Source: Candidatus Aminicenantes bacterium (GTDB lineage Bacteria > Acidobacteriota > Aminicenantia > Aminicenantales > JAFGBC01). From it: a stretch of 64,000 bases of DNA. The notes beneath the pieces are model-generated. The model did no database searches, was not told the DNA's origin, and worked only from the letters and a program-made list of their open reading frames with translations. Below, in pieces: positions 30,380 through 40,930 of the stretch. The stretch covers positions 1,376,001 through 1,440,000 of the forward strand of contig OY969696.1 in assembly GCA_963702005.1 (NCBI GenBank). The letters are read 5' to 3'. A program made the position numbers and the translations under genes. The number at the start of each line of letters is the position of its first letter. Position 1 is the stretch's first letter.

Positions 30380-31151
30380 GACAGTCGTCAAATCAAAGAA
30401 ATCCGTGTCCAAGGCCAATGCCGCCGAGGAACGCCTCGTCCCCATCTTCGTTATGGGGAAGCGCTACGAGGTGCCAGGCTCGCTGACCATTCAAAAGGCC
30501 CTCGAGTACGCCGGATATCAGCTCGTCCGGGGCTGCGGCTGCCGGGGCGGGATTTGCGGCGCCTGCGGGACGGTCTTCCGCTACCCGGACTCCTACCGGA
30601 TCGAAGTCGGCCTGGCCTGCCAGACCGTGGTCCAGCCTGACATGTACATCGCCCAGATCCCCTTCTTCCCGGGGAACAAGGCCGTCTACGATATCGAAAC
30701 CCTCCCGGCCGTGGGCGCCACCATCGCCTCTCTCTATCCCGAGATTTTCAAGTGCGTCGGCTGCGGCACCTGTACCCGCAGCTGCCCCATGGATATCGAC
30801 GTCCTGAACTATATTTCCAAGGCCATTCAAGGGGACGTCACGGCCGTGGCCGAGGGCTCTTTCGACTGCGTCATGTGCGGGCTGTGCGCGGCCCGTTGCC
30901 CAGCCGAAGAGGTCCAGTACAACATCGCCATCCTGGCCCGCCGCCTCTATGCCCGCCACCTCGCGCCCAAGGCTCAGCACCTGGCCAAGGCGGTCGCGGC
31001 CGTCGAGGGCAAAAAGTTCCAAAAAGCGCTCCAGGAACTCAAGACAAAGAACCTGGATGAACTCAAGAAGCTTTACAAGAGCCTCGAGATCGAGCCCGAT
31101 ATGGCCGACGAGTTCTGGACACCCAAAGACGCCTCCTTCCTGGGAGAGTGA
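30372..31151 (+). CDS. FrdB/SdhB-like Fe-S subunit ([2Fe-2S] + 2x[4Fe-4S]), no CCG domain
   Basis: GCRGGICGACG..LACQT; CVGCGTCTRSCP; CVMCGLCAARCP. Confidence 0.85.
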   Translation: MSKTVVKSKKSVSKANAAEERLVPIFVMGKRYEVPGSLTIQKALEYAGYQLVRGCGCRGGICGACGTVFRYPDSYRIEVGLACQTVVQPDMYIAQIPFFPGNKAVYDIETLPAVGATIASLYPEIFKCVGCGTCTRSCPMDIDVLNYISKAIQGDVTAVAEGSFDCVMCGLCAARCPAEEVQYNIAILARRLYARHLAPKAQHLAKAVAAVEGKKFQKALQELKTKNLDELKKLYKSLEIEPDMADEFWTPKDASFLGE

Positions 31152-31154
31152 ACC

Positions 31155-32828
31155 ATGCCTTACACGCCTGAATTAAATGAACTCATCAAGAAGGTCGAAA
31201 AGACACGGGCGGCCCGCGTCGAGAAAAAGCGGAACGGAGAAGAGTTCCCGGCCATGTCGCTCCAGGAGCGCGAATCGATCCTGAAGTACCATCCCGATTT
31301 CAAGGAGGAGGGCCGGACCGAGATCCTGGTCGGACCCAGCAAGGGTTACCGGATCGCCAAGGAGATGGTCAACCTGCTTCACGCCAAGAGCCGCCTCGAC
31401 CCGGACGTCGTCGACCTCAGCCGAGTCGACTTCGAGACCGACATCCTCATCATCGGCGGCGGAGGTGCCGGCTCGGCGGCGGCCCTCCTAGCCCGCGAAA
31501 ACGGGGCCAAGGTCCTCATCGCCACGAAGCTCCGCATCGGCGACGCCAACACGATGATGGCCGAGGGCGGCATCCAGGCCGCGATCAAGAACGAGAAGGA
31601 CTCCCCGTATTTCCATTACCTGGATGTCGTGGGCGGAGGGCATTTCAAGAACGACCCCGAGCTCGTCGAAACGCTGGTCATCGAGGCGCCCAAAGTCATG
31701 GCCTGGCTGGAGAAGCTCGGGGCGATGTTCTCCAAGTACGAGGACGGGCGCCTCAAGGCTATGCACGGCGGCGGAACGTCAAGAAAGCGCATGCATTACG
31801 CCGGCGATATCACCGGCGCCGAGATCATGCGGACCCTCCGCGACGAAGTCAAGAACCACCCCGGCGAGATCAAGATCCTAGAGTTCTCCCCCGCCGTTGA
31901 GCTCATCCTGAACAAGCAGGGGGCCTGCGCCGGGGCGATCCTCTACAACCTCGAAACGGAGGAATATATCATCGTCCGGGCCAAGGCCGTCATCCTGGCG
32001 ACGGGCGGGTCGGGCCGGCTCCACATTCAGGACTTCATGACGACAAACCACTACGGCGCCACCGGAGACGGACTCGTGTTGGGCTACCGTGCCGGAGTGC
32101 CCCTGAAATTCCTGCACACCGTCCAGTACCATCCGACGGGGGCTGTCTTCCCCGAACAGGCTGAAGGTCTTCTCATCACCGAGAAGTTTCGGGGGGCGGG
32201 GGCCAATGTCCTCAACATCGACGGCGAGCAGTTCGTTTACGAGCGCGAGCCCCGCGACGTCGAGTCCGCGGCCTTCATCCGCGAGTGCCTGGAACGGGGC
32301 AAGGGCGTTCCGACACCGACCGGAAAATTCGGCGTCTGGCTGGACTCGCCCATGATCGACGTCCTCAAGGGCGAGGGCACGGTCCGCAGGGAATTCCCCG
32401 GCAAATGGATCCTCTTCCACCGCTACGGGATCGACATCACCAAGGAGCCGATGCTCGTCTATCCGACGCTTCACTATCAGAACGGAGGCCTCCAGATCAA
32501 CCGCCGGACCGAGACCGTCGTCCCCGGCCTCTTCGGAGCCGGGGAGGTCAGCGGCGGCATCCACGGCGAGAACCGCCTGATGGGCAATTCTCTGCTCGAC
32601 GTCGTCGTCTTCGGCCGGATCGCCGGCTGCGCCGCCGCCGAGTTCGCGAAATCGGCCACCAAGGACGGCGCCCCATCTCTCGACCACGTTCGGGCGTATC
32701 ACAAAGCGCTCGCTGAGGCCCGTATCGTCGTCGACAGCCGGGTCGCGCCGATGCTCCTGCCGGACTACTCGAACCCCGACGTCCGGAAAAAACAATTGAC
32801 GACGAGCTATCACGGAACGCTGCGGTAA
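31155..32828 (+). CDS. Soluble fumarate reductase/succinate dehydrogenase-like flavoprotein (TfrA-like, non-covalent FAD predicted)
   Basis: GGGGAG, ANTMMAEGG, QYHPTG, ITEKFRG, EPRDV, LHYQNGG, HGENRLMGNSL. Confidence 0.85.
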   Translation: MPYTPELNELIKKVEKTRAARVEKKRNGEEFPAMSLQERESILKYHPDFKEEGRTEILVGPSKGYRIAKEMVNLLHAKSRLDPDVVDLSRVDFETDILIIGGGGAGSAAALLARENGAKVLIATKLRIGDANTMMAEGGIQAAIKNEKDSPYFHYLDVVGGGHFKNDPELVETLVIEAPKVMAWLEKLGAMFSKYEDGRLKAMHGGGTSRKRMHYAGDITGAEIMRTLRDEVKNHPGEIKILEFSPAVELILNKQGACAGAILYNLETEEYIIVRAKAVILATGGSGRLHIQDFMTTNHYGATGDGLVLGYRAGVPLKFLHTVQYHPTGAVFPEQAEGLLITEKFRGAGANVLNIDGEQFVYEREPRDVESAAFIRECLERGKGVPTPTGKFGVWLDSPMIDVLKGEGTVRREFPGKWILFHRYGIDITKEPMLVYPTLHYQNGGLQINRRTETVVPGLFGAGEVSGGIHGENRLMGNSLLDVVVFGRIAGCAAAEFAKSATKDGAPSLDHVRAYHKALAEARIVVDSRVAPMLLPDYSNPDVRKKQLTTSYHGTLR

Positions 32829-32848
32829 TCCATGAACGAGGTTCAGCC

Positions 32849-33127
32849 ATGCCCGTAAGGCAAAGAGAAAAACCGTTCGGGCTTCCCAAACCGGAAACCC
32901 CTCACGGGGAGATCGTCATCCTTGAAGAGCGCTGCAAGGGCTGCAGCTTCTGCATCGAGTACTGCCCGCACGACGTGCTGGTCATTTCGACGAAGTTCAA
33001 CGCTAAGGGCTACCACCCGCCGGAAATCCAGAAGTCCGACCTCTGCGTCAACTGCGGCTTTTGCCGGATGATCTGTCCGGAGTTCGCCATCTACACCTAC
33101 GAGCTCAAGACTGGGGAAAAACCATGA
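32849..33127 (+). CDS. korD: 2-oxoacid:ferredoxin oxidoreductase delta (2x[4Fe-4S] ferredoxin)
   Basis: CKGCSFCIEYCP, FNAKGYHPP, CVNCGFCRMICPEFAI. Confidence 0.88.
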   Translation: MPVRQREKPFGLPKPETPHGEIVILEERCKGCSFCIEYCPHDVLVISTKFNAKGYHPPEIQKSDLCVNCGFCRMICPEFAIYTYELKTGEKP

Positions 33128-34293
33128 AAGCCGATCCCAAAGGTGTTCTTACGGGATCCCATTACCTCGACGGCGACCACGCCTGTTGCGAGGGCGCTCT
33201 GGCCGCCGGCTGCCGGTTCATCGCAGGTTATCCGATTACCCCGTCGACCGAGGTTGTCGAACGGTTCGCCCGGCGCGCCCCGTTGGTGGAAGGAGCGCTC
33301 TTCATCCAAATGGAGGACGAGCTGGCCGCTTCGATCGCCATCCAGGGCGCCGTCTGGGCCGGCAAAAAGGCCATGACCGTGACCAGCGGGCCCGGCTTCT
33401 CCCTGATGATGGAGCACATCGGCCTGGCAGCCATGACGGAGACGCCGTGCGTTTTCGTCGACGTCCAGCGCGGCGGTCCGTCCACGGGTCTGCCCACGCT
33501 TCCCGGCCAGGCCGACATGCTGCAGGCCCGCTGGGGCTCCCACGGCGATTACGAGATCATCGCCATCTCGCCCAACTCGCCCCAGGAAAGCTTCGACCTG
33601 ACGATCGACGCCTTCAATCTTTCGGAGCAGTACCGGGTACCGGTCATGTTCATGATGGACGAATGCGTCGGCCACATGATGGAGCGGGTCGTCATCCCCA
33701 AGGCCGATCAAATCGAGGTCACCCCCCGCCGGTACACGAAGCTGCCGCCGGGGGAGTACCTGCCGTTCAAGCCCGGCGAGGACCTCGTGCCGGATATGTT
33801 CAAGGCCGGAGACGGCTACCGGCTCCACGTGACCGGGCTGACCCACGACTATCGGGGCTACCCGGTCATGAGCGCCGAGGTCCAGGAGCAACTCGTCCAT
33901 CGGCTGGTCGACAAGATCCGCCTCAACGCCCCGAAGATCTGGCGCTACGAGGAGCACAACGTCGCCGACGCCGACGTCGTCATCGTTTCCTACGGGATCA
34001 CCTCCCGCGTCGCCGTCGAGGCGATCGAGGTCGCCCGGAGCCAGGGCATCAAGGTCGGAATGCTGCGCCTGATCGTCGTCTGGCCCTTCCCCGAAAAGCG
34101 CATCTTCGAGCTCGCGAGCCAGGGCAAGGCCATAGTCGTGGCCGAGATGAACTACGGCCAGGTCTTTTACGAAGTGGACCGCGCCGCCCGGGGAAAGGCC
34201 CCGGTCGTCCTGGCCGGGCACGGCGGCGGTACGGTTCACAACATCGAGGACATTGCCAAGAAAATCGAGGAGGCGTACCGGTGTCAGTCCTAA
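33124..34293 (+). CDS. korA: 2-oxoacid (probably 2-oxoglutarate):ferredoxin oxidoreductase alpha
   Basis: GYPITPSTE, QMEDE, TSGPGFSLM, QRGGPSTGLPT. Confidence 0.9.
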   Translation: MKADPKGVLTGSHYLDGDHACCEGALAAGCRFIAGYPITPSTEVVERFARRAPLVEGALFIQMEDELAASIAIQGAVWAGKKAMTVTSGPGFSLMMEHIGLAAMTETPCVFVDVQRGGPSTGLPTLPGQADMLQARWGSHGDYEIIAISPNSPQESFDLTIDAFNLSEQYRVPVMFMMDECVGHMMERVVIPKADQIEVTPRRYTKLPPGEYLPFKPGEDLVPDMFKAGDGYRLHVTGLTHDYRGYPVMSAEVQEQLVHRLVDKIRLNAPKIWRYEEHNVADADVVIVSYGITSRVAVEAIEVARSQGIKVGMLRLIVVWPFPEKRIFELASQGKAIVVAEMNYGQVFYEVDRAARGKAPVVLAGHGGGTVHNIEDIAKKIEEAYRCQS

Positions 34294-35180
34294 ACGAACT
34301 CGAAAAAGCGTCTTTGAGCCCGGGCCCGGATTTCCAGCCTGAAAAGCACCCGATGGACGATTTCCTACGGATGGACCGGATGCCCCACATCTGGTGCTCG
34401 ACCTGCGGCATCGGCGTCAGCGTCAACTGCTTTGCCAAGGCCCTTGAGAAGCTGGCCATGCCGCTGGACGATGTCGTCGTCGTCTCGGGCATCGGCTGCA
34501 CCGGCCGCGTCGCCGGCTATATCAAAGTCGATTCCTTCCACACGACTCACGGCCGGGCCATCCCTTTCGCGACCGGGCTGAAGCTGGCCAACCCCAAGCT
34601 CAAGGTCATTGTCTTCAGCGGGGACGGCGACATCATCGCCATCGGCGGCAACCACTTCATCAACGCCGCGCGGCGGAATATAGACATCACGGTCATCTGC
34701 ATCAACAACTTCAACTACGCCATGACGGGCGGACAGCTGGCCTCGACGACACCTGAAGGGTCGATTCTCTCCACGTCGCCCTACGGCAGCTTCGAATTCC
34801 CCTTCAATCTGCCCTTCCTGGCGGAGTCGGTCGGGGCGGTCTATGTCGCCCGATGGACGTCCCTCCACGTCTACAACCAGACGAACTCCATGATCGAGGC
34901 CATGAAAAAGCCCGGCTTTTCGTTCATCGAGATTGTGGCCCCCTGCCCGACGATCTTCGAACGCCAACAGAAGATGGGAGACGGTCTCGACCGGCTGCGC
35001 TGGTACTGCGAAAACAGCGAGATCCGCCATGACGCCGGGACCAAGGAGGCCGACATCCGCCTCCGCGACAAGTTGATCGTCGGCAAGTTCGTGGACAAGG
35101 AACGGCCGACCTACCTCGAGGCGATGAACGCGCACTACCAGGAACGCCTCGGTCCGAAGTACAAGGTCTACGAGGGATAA
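34281..35180 (+). CDS. korB: 2-oxoacid:ferredoxin oxidoreductase beta (TPP-binding)
   Basis: GTG start after GAGGAGG; WCSTCG, SGIGC, HTTHGRA, GDGD..IGGNH, YAMTGGQ, PCPT. Confidence 0.9.
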   Translation: MSVLNELEKASLSPGPDFQPEKHPMDDFLRMDRMPHIWCSTCGIGVSVNCFAKALEKLAMPLDDVVVVSGIGCTGRVAGYIKVDSFHTTHGRAIPFATGLKLANPKLKVIVFSGDGDIIAIGGNHFINAARRNIDITVICINNFNYAMTGGQLASTTPEGSILSTSPYGSFEFPFNLPFLAESVGAVYVARWTSLHVYNQTNSMIEAMKKPGFSFIEIVAPCPTIFERQQKMGDGLDRLRWYCENSEIRHDAGTKEADIRLRDKLIVGKFVDKERPTYLEAMNAHYQERLGPKYKVYEG

Positions 35181-35181
35181 C

Positions 35182-35733
35182 ATGGCCAAGACGGAGATCA
35201 AGATCGGCGGGTTCGGCGGCCAGGGTGTCATCCTGACCGGATACATCATCGGTAAAGCCGCTTCGCTTTATGACGGTAAAGATGCCACCATGACGCAGGC
35301 CTTCGGGCCGGAGGCCCGGGGCAGCTCCTGCAGCGCGCAGGTCATCGTCTCCGACGGCGCCATCCGCTATCCCTACGTCAAGAAGCCCCAGGTCATGGTC
35401 ATCATGAGCCAGGAGGCGTACACCAAGTTCTCTCCCGAGCTTGACCCGAACGGGATGGTCCTCATCGAGGAAGAGCTTGTGGACCCTAAGGGGCTCCCCG
35501 CGACGGTCAAAGTCTACGGCATCCCGGCCACCCGGATCGCCGAGGAGCTCGGCCGCAAGGTCGTCCTCAACATGGTCATGGCCGGCTTCTTCACGGCGAT
35601 GAGCGGCCTCATCTCCAAGGACGCCATGCGCAAGGCGATCGAGACCTCCGTGCCGAAGGGCACGGAGGGTCTCAACCTGCTGGCCTTTGAGAAAGGCTAC
35701 GAGTACGGCCTGGGCAAGGCCCAGGTCCATTAA
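35182..35733 (+). CDS. korC: 2-oxoacid:ferredoxin oxidoreductase gamma
   Basis: GFGGQGVIL, FGPEARG. Confidence 0.9.
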   Translation: MAKTEIKIGGFGGQGVILTGYIIGKAASLYDGKDATMTQAFGPEARGSSCSAQVIVSDGAIRYPYVKKPQVMVIMSQEAYTKFSPELDPNGMVLIEEELVDPKGLPATVKVYGIPATRIAEELGRKVVLNMVMAGFFTAMSGLISKDAMRKAIETSVPKGTEGLNLLAFEKGYEYGLGKAQVH

Positions 35734-35769
35734 TCCACCGGCGGGCGCCGGGCTTATGGAGGGACAATC

Positions 35770-37380
35770 ATGCCGGACTTCATCTTCACGCCCCTGTTTC
35801 CCCAGGGACCGGACACGACCGATTATGAACGGATCGGCCGGGACCACGTCTCGACCTCCGTTTTTGATGGCCGGACCGTCCTCAAGGTCGCCCCGGATGG
35901 CCTGACATTTCTGGCCGAACGGGCCTTTCGCGACGTGGCGTTCCTGCTCCGGCCGTCCCACCTGAAGCAGCTGACCGGGATCCTCCAGGATCCCGAGAGC
36001 TCGGCCAACGACCGCTATGTCGCCCTGGAGCTGTTGAAAAACGCCGTCATCTCGGCCGAGGGCCTGTTCCCGATGTGCCAGGACACGGGGACGGCCATCA
36101 TCAACGCCAAGAAAGGCCAGGCTGTCTTTACGGGCGGCGGCGACGAGGAGGCCCTCTCCCGCGGCGTCTTCAACGCCTACGCCAAGAACTATTTCCGGTA
36201 TTCCCAGAACTCCCCGCTCACGATGTATGACGAGAAGAACACCGGCACGAACCTGCCTGCCCAAATCGACATCTCCGCCGTAGCCGGCGACGAATACGAT
36301 TTCCTGTTCATCGCCAAAGGGGGAGGCTCCGCCAACAAGACCTACCTCTTCCAGGAAACCAAGGCCGTCCTCAACCCGGACGCCCTGACGAAATTCCTGG
36401 TCGGCAAAATGAAGGCCATCGGCACGGCGGCCTGCCCGCCCTATCATCTGGCGGTCGTGGTCGGCGGGACTTCGGCCGAGCTCGTCCTCAAAACCGTGAA
36501 GCTGGCCTCGGCCCGCTATCTCGACCGCCTGCCGACGGCGGGCGGGCCGGGCGGGCACGCCTTCCGCGATCTCGAGCTCGAGGCGCAGTTGCTTGAGGCG
36601 TCCCGCAAGATCGGCCTGGGCGCCCAGTTCGGCGGGAAATATTTCTGCCTCGACGTCCGGGTCATCCGCCTGCCCCGGCACGGCGCCTCCTGCCCGATCG
36701 GCATGGGCGTCAGCTGCAACGCCGACCGGAACGTCAAGGGCAAGATCAGCCGCGACGGAATTTTCCTGGAGCGGCTCGAAACCGATCCGGCCCAATATCT
36801 TCCCCAGCCGGCCGAAACCGAAGCGCCCGCGGTCCCCATCGACCTCAACCGGCCGATGGGCGAGATCCGCGCGACGCTCTCCAAGTTCCCGGTGGCGACG
36901 CGGCTTTCGCTCAGCGGCCCCATCATCGTGGCCCGCGATATCGCCCATGCCAAGCTCAAAGAGAAAATCGACAAGGGCGAGGACCTGCCGGCCTATTTCA
37001 AGGACCACGTCATTTACTACGCCGGCCCGGCTAAAACCCCGCCCGGATTCCCGTCCGGATCGTTCGGCCCGACCACGGCCGGCCGCATGGACGATTACGT
37101 GCCGCTCTTCCAGAAAATGGGGGGGTCGCTGGTCATGCTGGCCAAGGGCAACCGGTCGAAGGGCGTCACGGAGTCGTGCAAGGCCAACGGCGGGTTTTAC
37201 CTGGGCTCGATCGGCGGACCAGCCGCCCGGCTGGCCAAGGACTGCATCACGAGCCAGGAAGTCGTCGCCTATCCCGAGCTGGGCATGGAAGCCATTTTCA
37301 AGATCACGGTCAAGAACTTCCCGGCCTTCGTTCTCGTCGACGACAAGGGGAACGATTTCTACGAGAAGATTGTCTCCTGA
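35770..37380 (+). CDS. fumA: Class I (Fe-S) fumarate hydratase
   Basis: [46 protein letters not shown]. Confidence 0.95.
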   Translation: MPDFIFTPLFPQGPDTTDYERIGRDHVSTSVFDGRTVLKVAPDGLTFLAERAFRDVAFLLRPSHLKQLTGILQDPESSANDRYVALELLKNAVISAEGLFPMCQDTGTAIINAKKGQAVFTGGGDEEALSRGVFNAYAKNYFRYSQNSPLTMYDEKNTGTNLPAQIDISAVAGDEYDFLFIAKGGGSANKTYLFQETKAVLNPDALTKFLVGKMKAIGTAACPPYHLAVVVGGTSAELVLKTVKLASARYLDRLPTAGGPGGHAFRDLELEAQLLEASRKIGLGAQFGGKYFCLDVRVIRLPRHGASCPIGMGVSCNADRNVKGKISRDGIFLERLETDPAQYLPQPAETEAPAVPIDLNRPMGEIRATLSKFPVATRLSLSGPIIVARDIAHAKLKEKIDKGEDLPAYFKDHVIYYAGPAKTPPGFPSGSFGPTTAGRMDDYVPLFQKMGGSLVMLAKGNRSKGVTESCKANGGFYLGSIGGPAARLAKDCITSQEVVAYPELGMEAIFKITVKNFPAFVLVDDKGNDFYEKIVS

Positions 37381-37412
37381 TTCTGCTCCCCACAGGATTG
37401 AGGAGAATAATT

Positions 37413-37490
37413 ATGAAAAAGGAAAAACATTATATTTTGACCGTTGATGCTTTTGAGATTAGTTTGGAAAAAAGCCGTAAGAACACCTAA
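37413..37490 (+). CDS. Putative 25-aa small ORF/leader peptide upstream of aor
   Basis: GAGGAG 7 nt before ATG; MKKEKHYILTVDAFEISLEKSRKNT; stop 2 nt before the aor GTG. Confidence 0.35.
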   Translation: MKKEKHYILTVDAFEISLEKSRKNT

Positions 37491-37492
37491 TC

Positions 37493-39229
37493 GTGAAAGG
37501 CGTTTTCCATAGGCTGCTACGTATTAATCTGACAGAAAACGCTTATCTGTATGAAAATATCCCGGATGAGTTCCTGGCCTGCACGCTGGGCGGCAAGGGA
37601 TTGGGAACGGCGCTCCTGCTGGCCGAAACTCCGCCGGGCGTCGATCCCCTTTCGCCCGAGAACAGATTCATCCTGACGACCGGCCCCGCCACCGGCACCG
37701 CGATGTGGGGGCAATCCCGCTTCGGGGCGTACGCTAAAAGCCCGGCGACAGGGGGATTCGCCGAATCTTACTGCGGAGGGACGCTCGCCCCGAGGATCAA
37801 GGGTTGCGGCATCGACGCCGTGATTCTGGAGGGGCGGTGTCCATCGCTGACATTCGTGGTTGTTGACGAAGGCGGGGCTGTCTTCCGCGACGCGGCGCCC
37901 TATCGAGGCTGGACGACGGACCGGGCCGAGGAAGCCCTTCTGGCCGCCTCCCCGGCCGGCGCGCGGGCCATGACGATAGGTCCGGCGGGCGAAAACGGCG
38001 TTCGGTTCGCCTGCGTCAAGTCCGATCGCTGGCGCAGCCTGGGCCGCTGCGGCCTGGGCGCCGTCCTCGGCGCTAAAAACGTCAAGGGGATCTCCTTTGC
38101 CGGAAACCGGAAGGCGGACATCGCCGACCCGGACCTGATGCGCCGGACCATCCGGGCCATCGCGCAAAAGGGGAAGCGGCATCCGGCCACGGCCCTCTAC
38201 CGAAAGTACGGCACGCCGATGCAGGTTGCGATCACCAACGGCCAGAACTGTTTTCCAACTCGCTACTGGCAGTCCGGCCGCTTCTCCAAATGGGAGAGCC
38301 TCTCGGCCGAATACATGGTCGAAAATTTTGAGGTCGCTGCCCACCCCTGCCCGGACTGCTTCCTGCAGTGCACGAAGCTCTGCCGGGTCAGACGCGGCCG
38401 CCATGCCGGGCTGACGCTCGAAGGGCCCGAGTACGAGACGATCTATGCGTTGGGCGGGCTCAACGAAGTGGACAGCCTGGAGGAGGTGGCCTGGCTCAAC
38501 GACGTCTGCGACAAGCTCGGCCTGGATACGATGAGCGCGGGGAACATCTCCGCCTTCGCCGTCGAGGCGAGAAAGCGGGGCCGGCTCGGCTGGGATATTG
38601 ACTACAATCAACCCGACCGGATGGCCGAGCTCTTTGGACTGATCGCCGCGGGCGAGGGCGTAGGCGCGGTCCTGGGACAGGGGATCAAGCGGGCGTCCGC
38701 GGAGTTAGGTCTCGAGGACTTGGCCGTCCACGTCAAGGGGCTCGAGCCGGCGGGTTTCGAGCCCAGGGTTCTCAAGGGTATGGCTCTGGCCTACGCCACG
38801 GCGGCCCGCGGCGCTTGCCACCTGAGGGGAACGTTTTATAAGGCCGAGTTGGCCGGCTTGGTCGACAAGGACATGATCCGGGGGAAAGCCGCTCACTTCG
38901 TGGACTATGAGGACAGAGCCGCCCTGTTCGACAGCCTGATTCTCTGCCGTTTCTTCCGGGACATCATCCTTTGGGACGAGCTCGCGGCGATCCTGGCGGG
39001 CGCCACGGGTCTGATTCTCTCTAAAACGGAGCTCGAAATCTTGGCCAACGACATCACTCAACAAACCCGGTTTTTCAACGCCCGCGAGGGTCTGGCCGAG
39101 TCCGAAGACCGTCTGCCGGCCAGGTTCCTCCGTGAGAAGACGGCCGAGGGCGCCGGGTTGCTCCCGGAGGAATTGGCCATTATGCTCGAAGAGTATAATG
39201 CGCTACGGCGCGGCCGCCAACTTTCTTGA
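37493..39229 (+). CDS. aor: Aldehyde:ferredoxin oxidoreductase (tungsten AOR family)
   Basis: LGGKGLG, KSPATG, IGPAGEN, GAKNVK, CPDCFLQC, EGPEYET, LGLDTMSAG, GACH. Confidence 0.92.
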   Translation: MKGVFHRLLRINLTENAYLYENIPDEFLACTLGGKGLGTALLLAETPPGVDPLSPENRFILTTGPATGTAMWGQSRFGAYAKSPATGGFAESYCGGTLAPRIKGCGIDAVILEGRCPSLTFVVVDEGGAVFRDAAPYRGWTTDRAEEALLAASPAGARAMTIGPAGENGVRFACVKSDRWRSLGRCGLGAVLGAKNVKGISFAGNRKADIADPDLMRRTIRAIAQKGKRHPATALYRKYGTPMQVAITNGQNCFPTRYWQSGRFSKWESLSAEYMVENFEVAAHPCPDCFLQCTKLCRVRRGRHAGLTLEGPEYETIYALGGLNEVDSLEEVAWLNDVCDKLGLDTMSAGNISAFAVEARKRGRLGWDIDYNQPDRMAELFGLIAAGEGVGAVLGQGIKRASAELGLEDLAVHVKGLEPAGFEPRVLKGMALAYATAARGACHLRGTFYKAELAGLVDKDMIRGKAAHFVDYEDRAALFDSLILCRFFRDIILWDELAAILAGATGLILSKTELEILANDITQQTRFFNAREGLAESEDRLPARFLREKTAEGAGLLPEELAIMLEEYNALRRGRQLS

Positions 39230-39320
39230 TTCGAGGCCAGGCTCCTTGGTCTCACAGACGCTGATCTTCTCGCCGATGATGGCCGGGACCGGTTTCAATT
39301 CGATTTCTCCTCGTCAACGT

Positions 39321-39833
39321 TTACTTTTGGAACGGATTCGTGTTCTTTTCCAGGTCCGTCCAGATCTCGGCTCGCCGCAGCAGAGTCTCGAGGTAGAGCC
39401 TGAGGTTGATGATCTCTTCGCCGAACGCCTTGGCGAACGGCCCGAGGCGCTTGTCCTTCTGGCAGGAAATGTCCTCTCCGCTGACGTCTAGGACGAAGGC
39501 GTTGATCTCACGTTCGACCAAGGGGCCCACAACCGATCCATCCGGATCGGGCAGGATGGAAAGCCGGAAGAGGTTGATCATACGGGAGAATTTCGAGTAG
39601 AAGATAAGGTCGATTTTCTCTTCGGCTCGGGCCTTATTGGCGTCGGTCAGGATCTGCTGGAGGGCCTTGTCAGCGTTCCCCTTCCCGTCCGTCCCGGTCT
39701 GGGCCAAGGTCTGAAACATATTGACCAGATCGTTGAGAAGGGCGTATCCGGCCTTAGCGTCGATCCTAGCCTCGGCCCCGAGATTCGCGGCCAAGGTCAG
39801 AAAACAAATCACGACGATTGTTTTACGTAACAT
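39321..39833 (-). CDS. Secreted hypothetical protein
   Basis: GAGGAG RBS, signal peptide MLRKTIVVICFLTLAANLGAEA; adjacent to the anti-sigma-like gene. Confidence 0.75.
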   Translation of the reverse strand: MLRKTIVVICFLTLAANLGAEARIDAKAGYALLNDLVNMFQTLAQTGTDGKGNADKALQQILTDANKARAEEKIDLIFYSKFSRMINLFRLSILPDPDGSVVGPLVEREINAFVLDVSGEDISCQKDKRLGPFAKAFGEEIINLRLYLETLLRRAEIWTDLEKNTNPFQK

Positions 39834-39834
39834 C

Positions 39835-40398
39835 TTAATTATCCTCCTCTTTCTTGAAGTATTCGGAAAAAAAAAGCTCGAGCTTATGTCCTTGGATCAG
39901 TTCCCCGATCTTTCGGTCCAGCTCTTCCACGGAAACGGGCTTTGGAGTATAGGAGGCGCTATCTCCGAGAGGCGCGGACAGGGACCTTTGAAACAGCGGG
40001 CACAGGGCCCTTTCGAAGGAATCTTCGAACGGGCTGGGCGAAGCGGCTGACAGGACGGGGGCGGAGGGCTTGTCCGCTGATGTCGGATGAAAAAGCGGGC
40101 TCCCGGCCAGGACGGTCTTGATTGTAGCGAAGGCCGTTCCTACCCGGGAGGCGCGCGAGCGGATCCAGACTCCGACCGAGACGCCTGAAACGAGGATCAG
40201 AGCCAAGCCAGCCCAGGCCAGAACACGCCGCCGTCCCGGACGCCGGGTCCGGCCGGGGCGTTCCGACTCCGAACGGATCCAGCCGCGGAGGCGCGCCTCG
40301 AAATTTGAAGCCCGGAACGTGCGGAGAGCGGAGCCGATCTCGTCCCCGACAATCGTCTCGAGTTCGGGCCCCGTCCGTTCCGTCTCAGGCTTTTGCAT
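39835..40398 (-). CDS. Single-pass membrane protein, probable anti-sigma factor
   Basis: Overlaps the ECF sigma stop; one TM helix (VLAWAGLALILVSGVSVGVWI). Confidence 0.65.
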   Translation of the reverse strand: MQKPETERTGPELETIVGDEIGSALRTFRASNFEARLRGWIRSESERPGRTRRPGRRRVLAWAGLALILVSGVSVGVWIRSRASRVGTAFATIKTVLAGSPLFHPTSADKPSAPVLSAASPSPFEDSFERALCPLFQRSLSAPLGDSASYTPKPVSVEELDRKIGELIQGHKLELFFSEYFKKEEDN

Positions 40399-40930
40399 CG
40401 GCTTCCTCCTTCATCTTTCGTTCGAGGCCGGCCCGCGCCCGATTGAGCCGGGACATGACCGTTCCCTCTTTGATCTTGAGGCTCCGCGCGATCTCCCGGT
40501 AGGACAATCCTCCGTAGGTGTGCAGGACGAAAACCGCCCTGAGTTTTTCGGGAAGGTTCCGGACCGCTTCCTTGAGGGCTTGAACTCTCTCATCCCGTTC
40601 GACGGCGGGAACAGGGTCCGGGCGGAGATTGAAGCCCCGTTCATAAAAAAAAGGAAGAAGGCGGCCGAGCCTGTCCTTGCGCCTGTGGTCGACACAGGCA
40701 TTCCGGGTAATCGCGAACAGCCATTCCCGGCCGGACCCCCGGTTCGAGAGCCCGTCTAAGCTCTGGTAGGCCCTGAGATAAACCTCCTGTGTCAAATCCT
40801 CGGCGTCGGGGTAATTCTTGGCGTAGCCGAGGCAGATCCTGAAAACGGTTTCCTTGAGGGCGAGAAGCTCCTCGAAGGTTCTGGACCGTTCATCGACGGA
40901 GGGTTCCATGATCCGCATCTTCTCTCTCAT
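40385..40930 (-). CDS. ECF RNA polymerase sigma factor
   Basis: [44 protein letters not shown]. Start uncertain (40930/40918/40909). Confidence 0.92.
   Translation of the reverse strand: MREKMRIMEPSVDERSRTFEELLALKETVFRICLGYAKNYPDAEDLTQEVYLRAYQSLDGLSNRGSGREWLFAITRNACVDHRRKDRLGRLLPFFYERGFNLRPDPVPAVERDERVQALKEAVRNLPEKLRAVFVLHTYGGLSYREIARSLKIKEGTVMSRLNRARAGLERKMKEEADAKA

Noticed and set aside
39203-39298. 31-aa minus-strand TTG ORF after a GAGGAG, overlapping the aor end
   Set aside because: Too short and featureless; at most a gene remnant.
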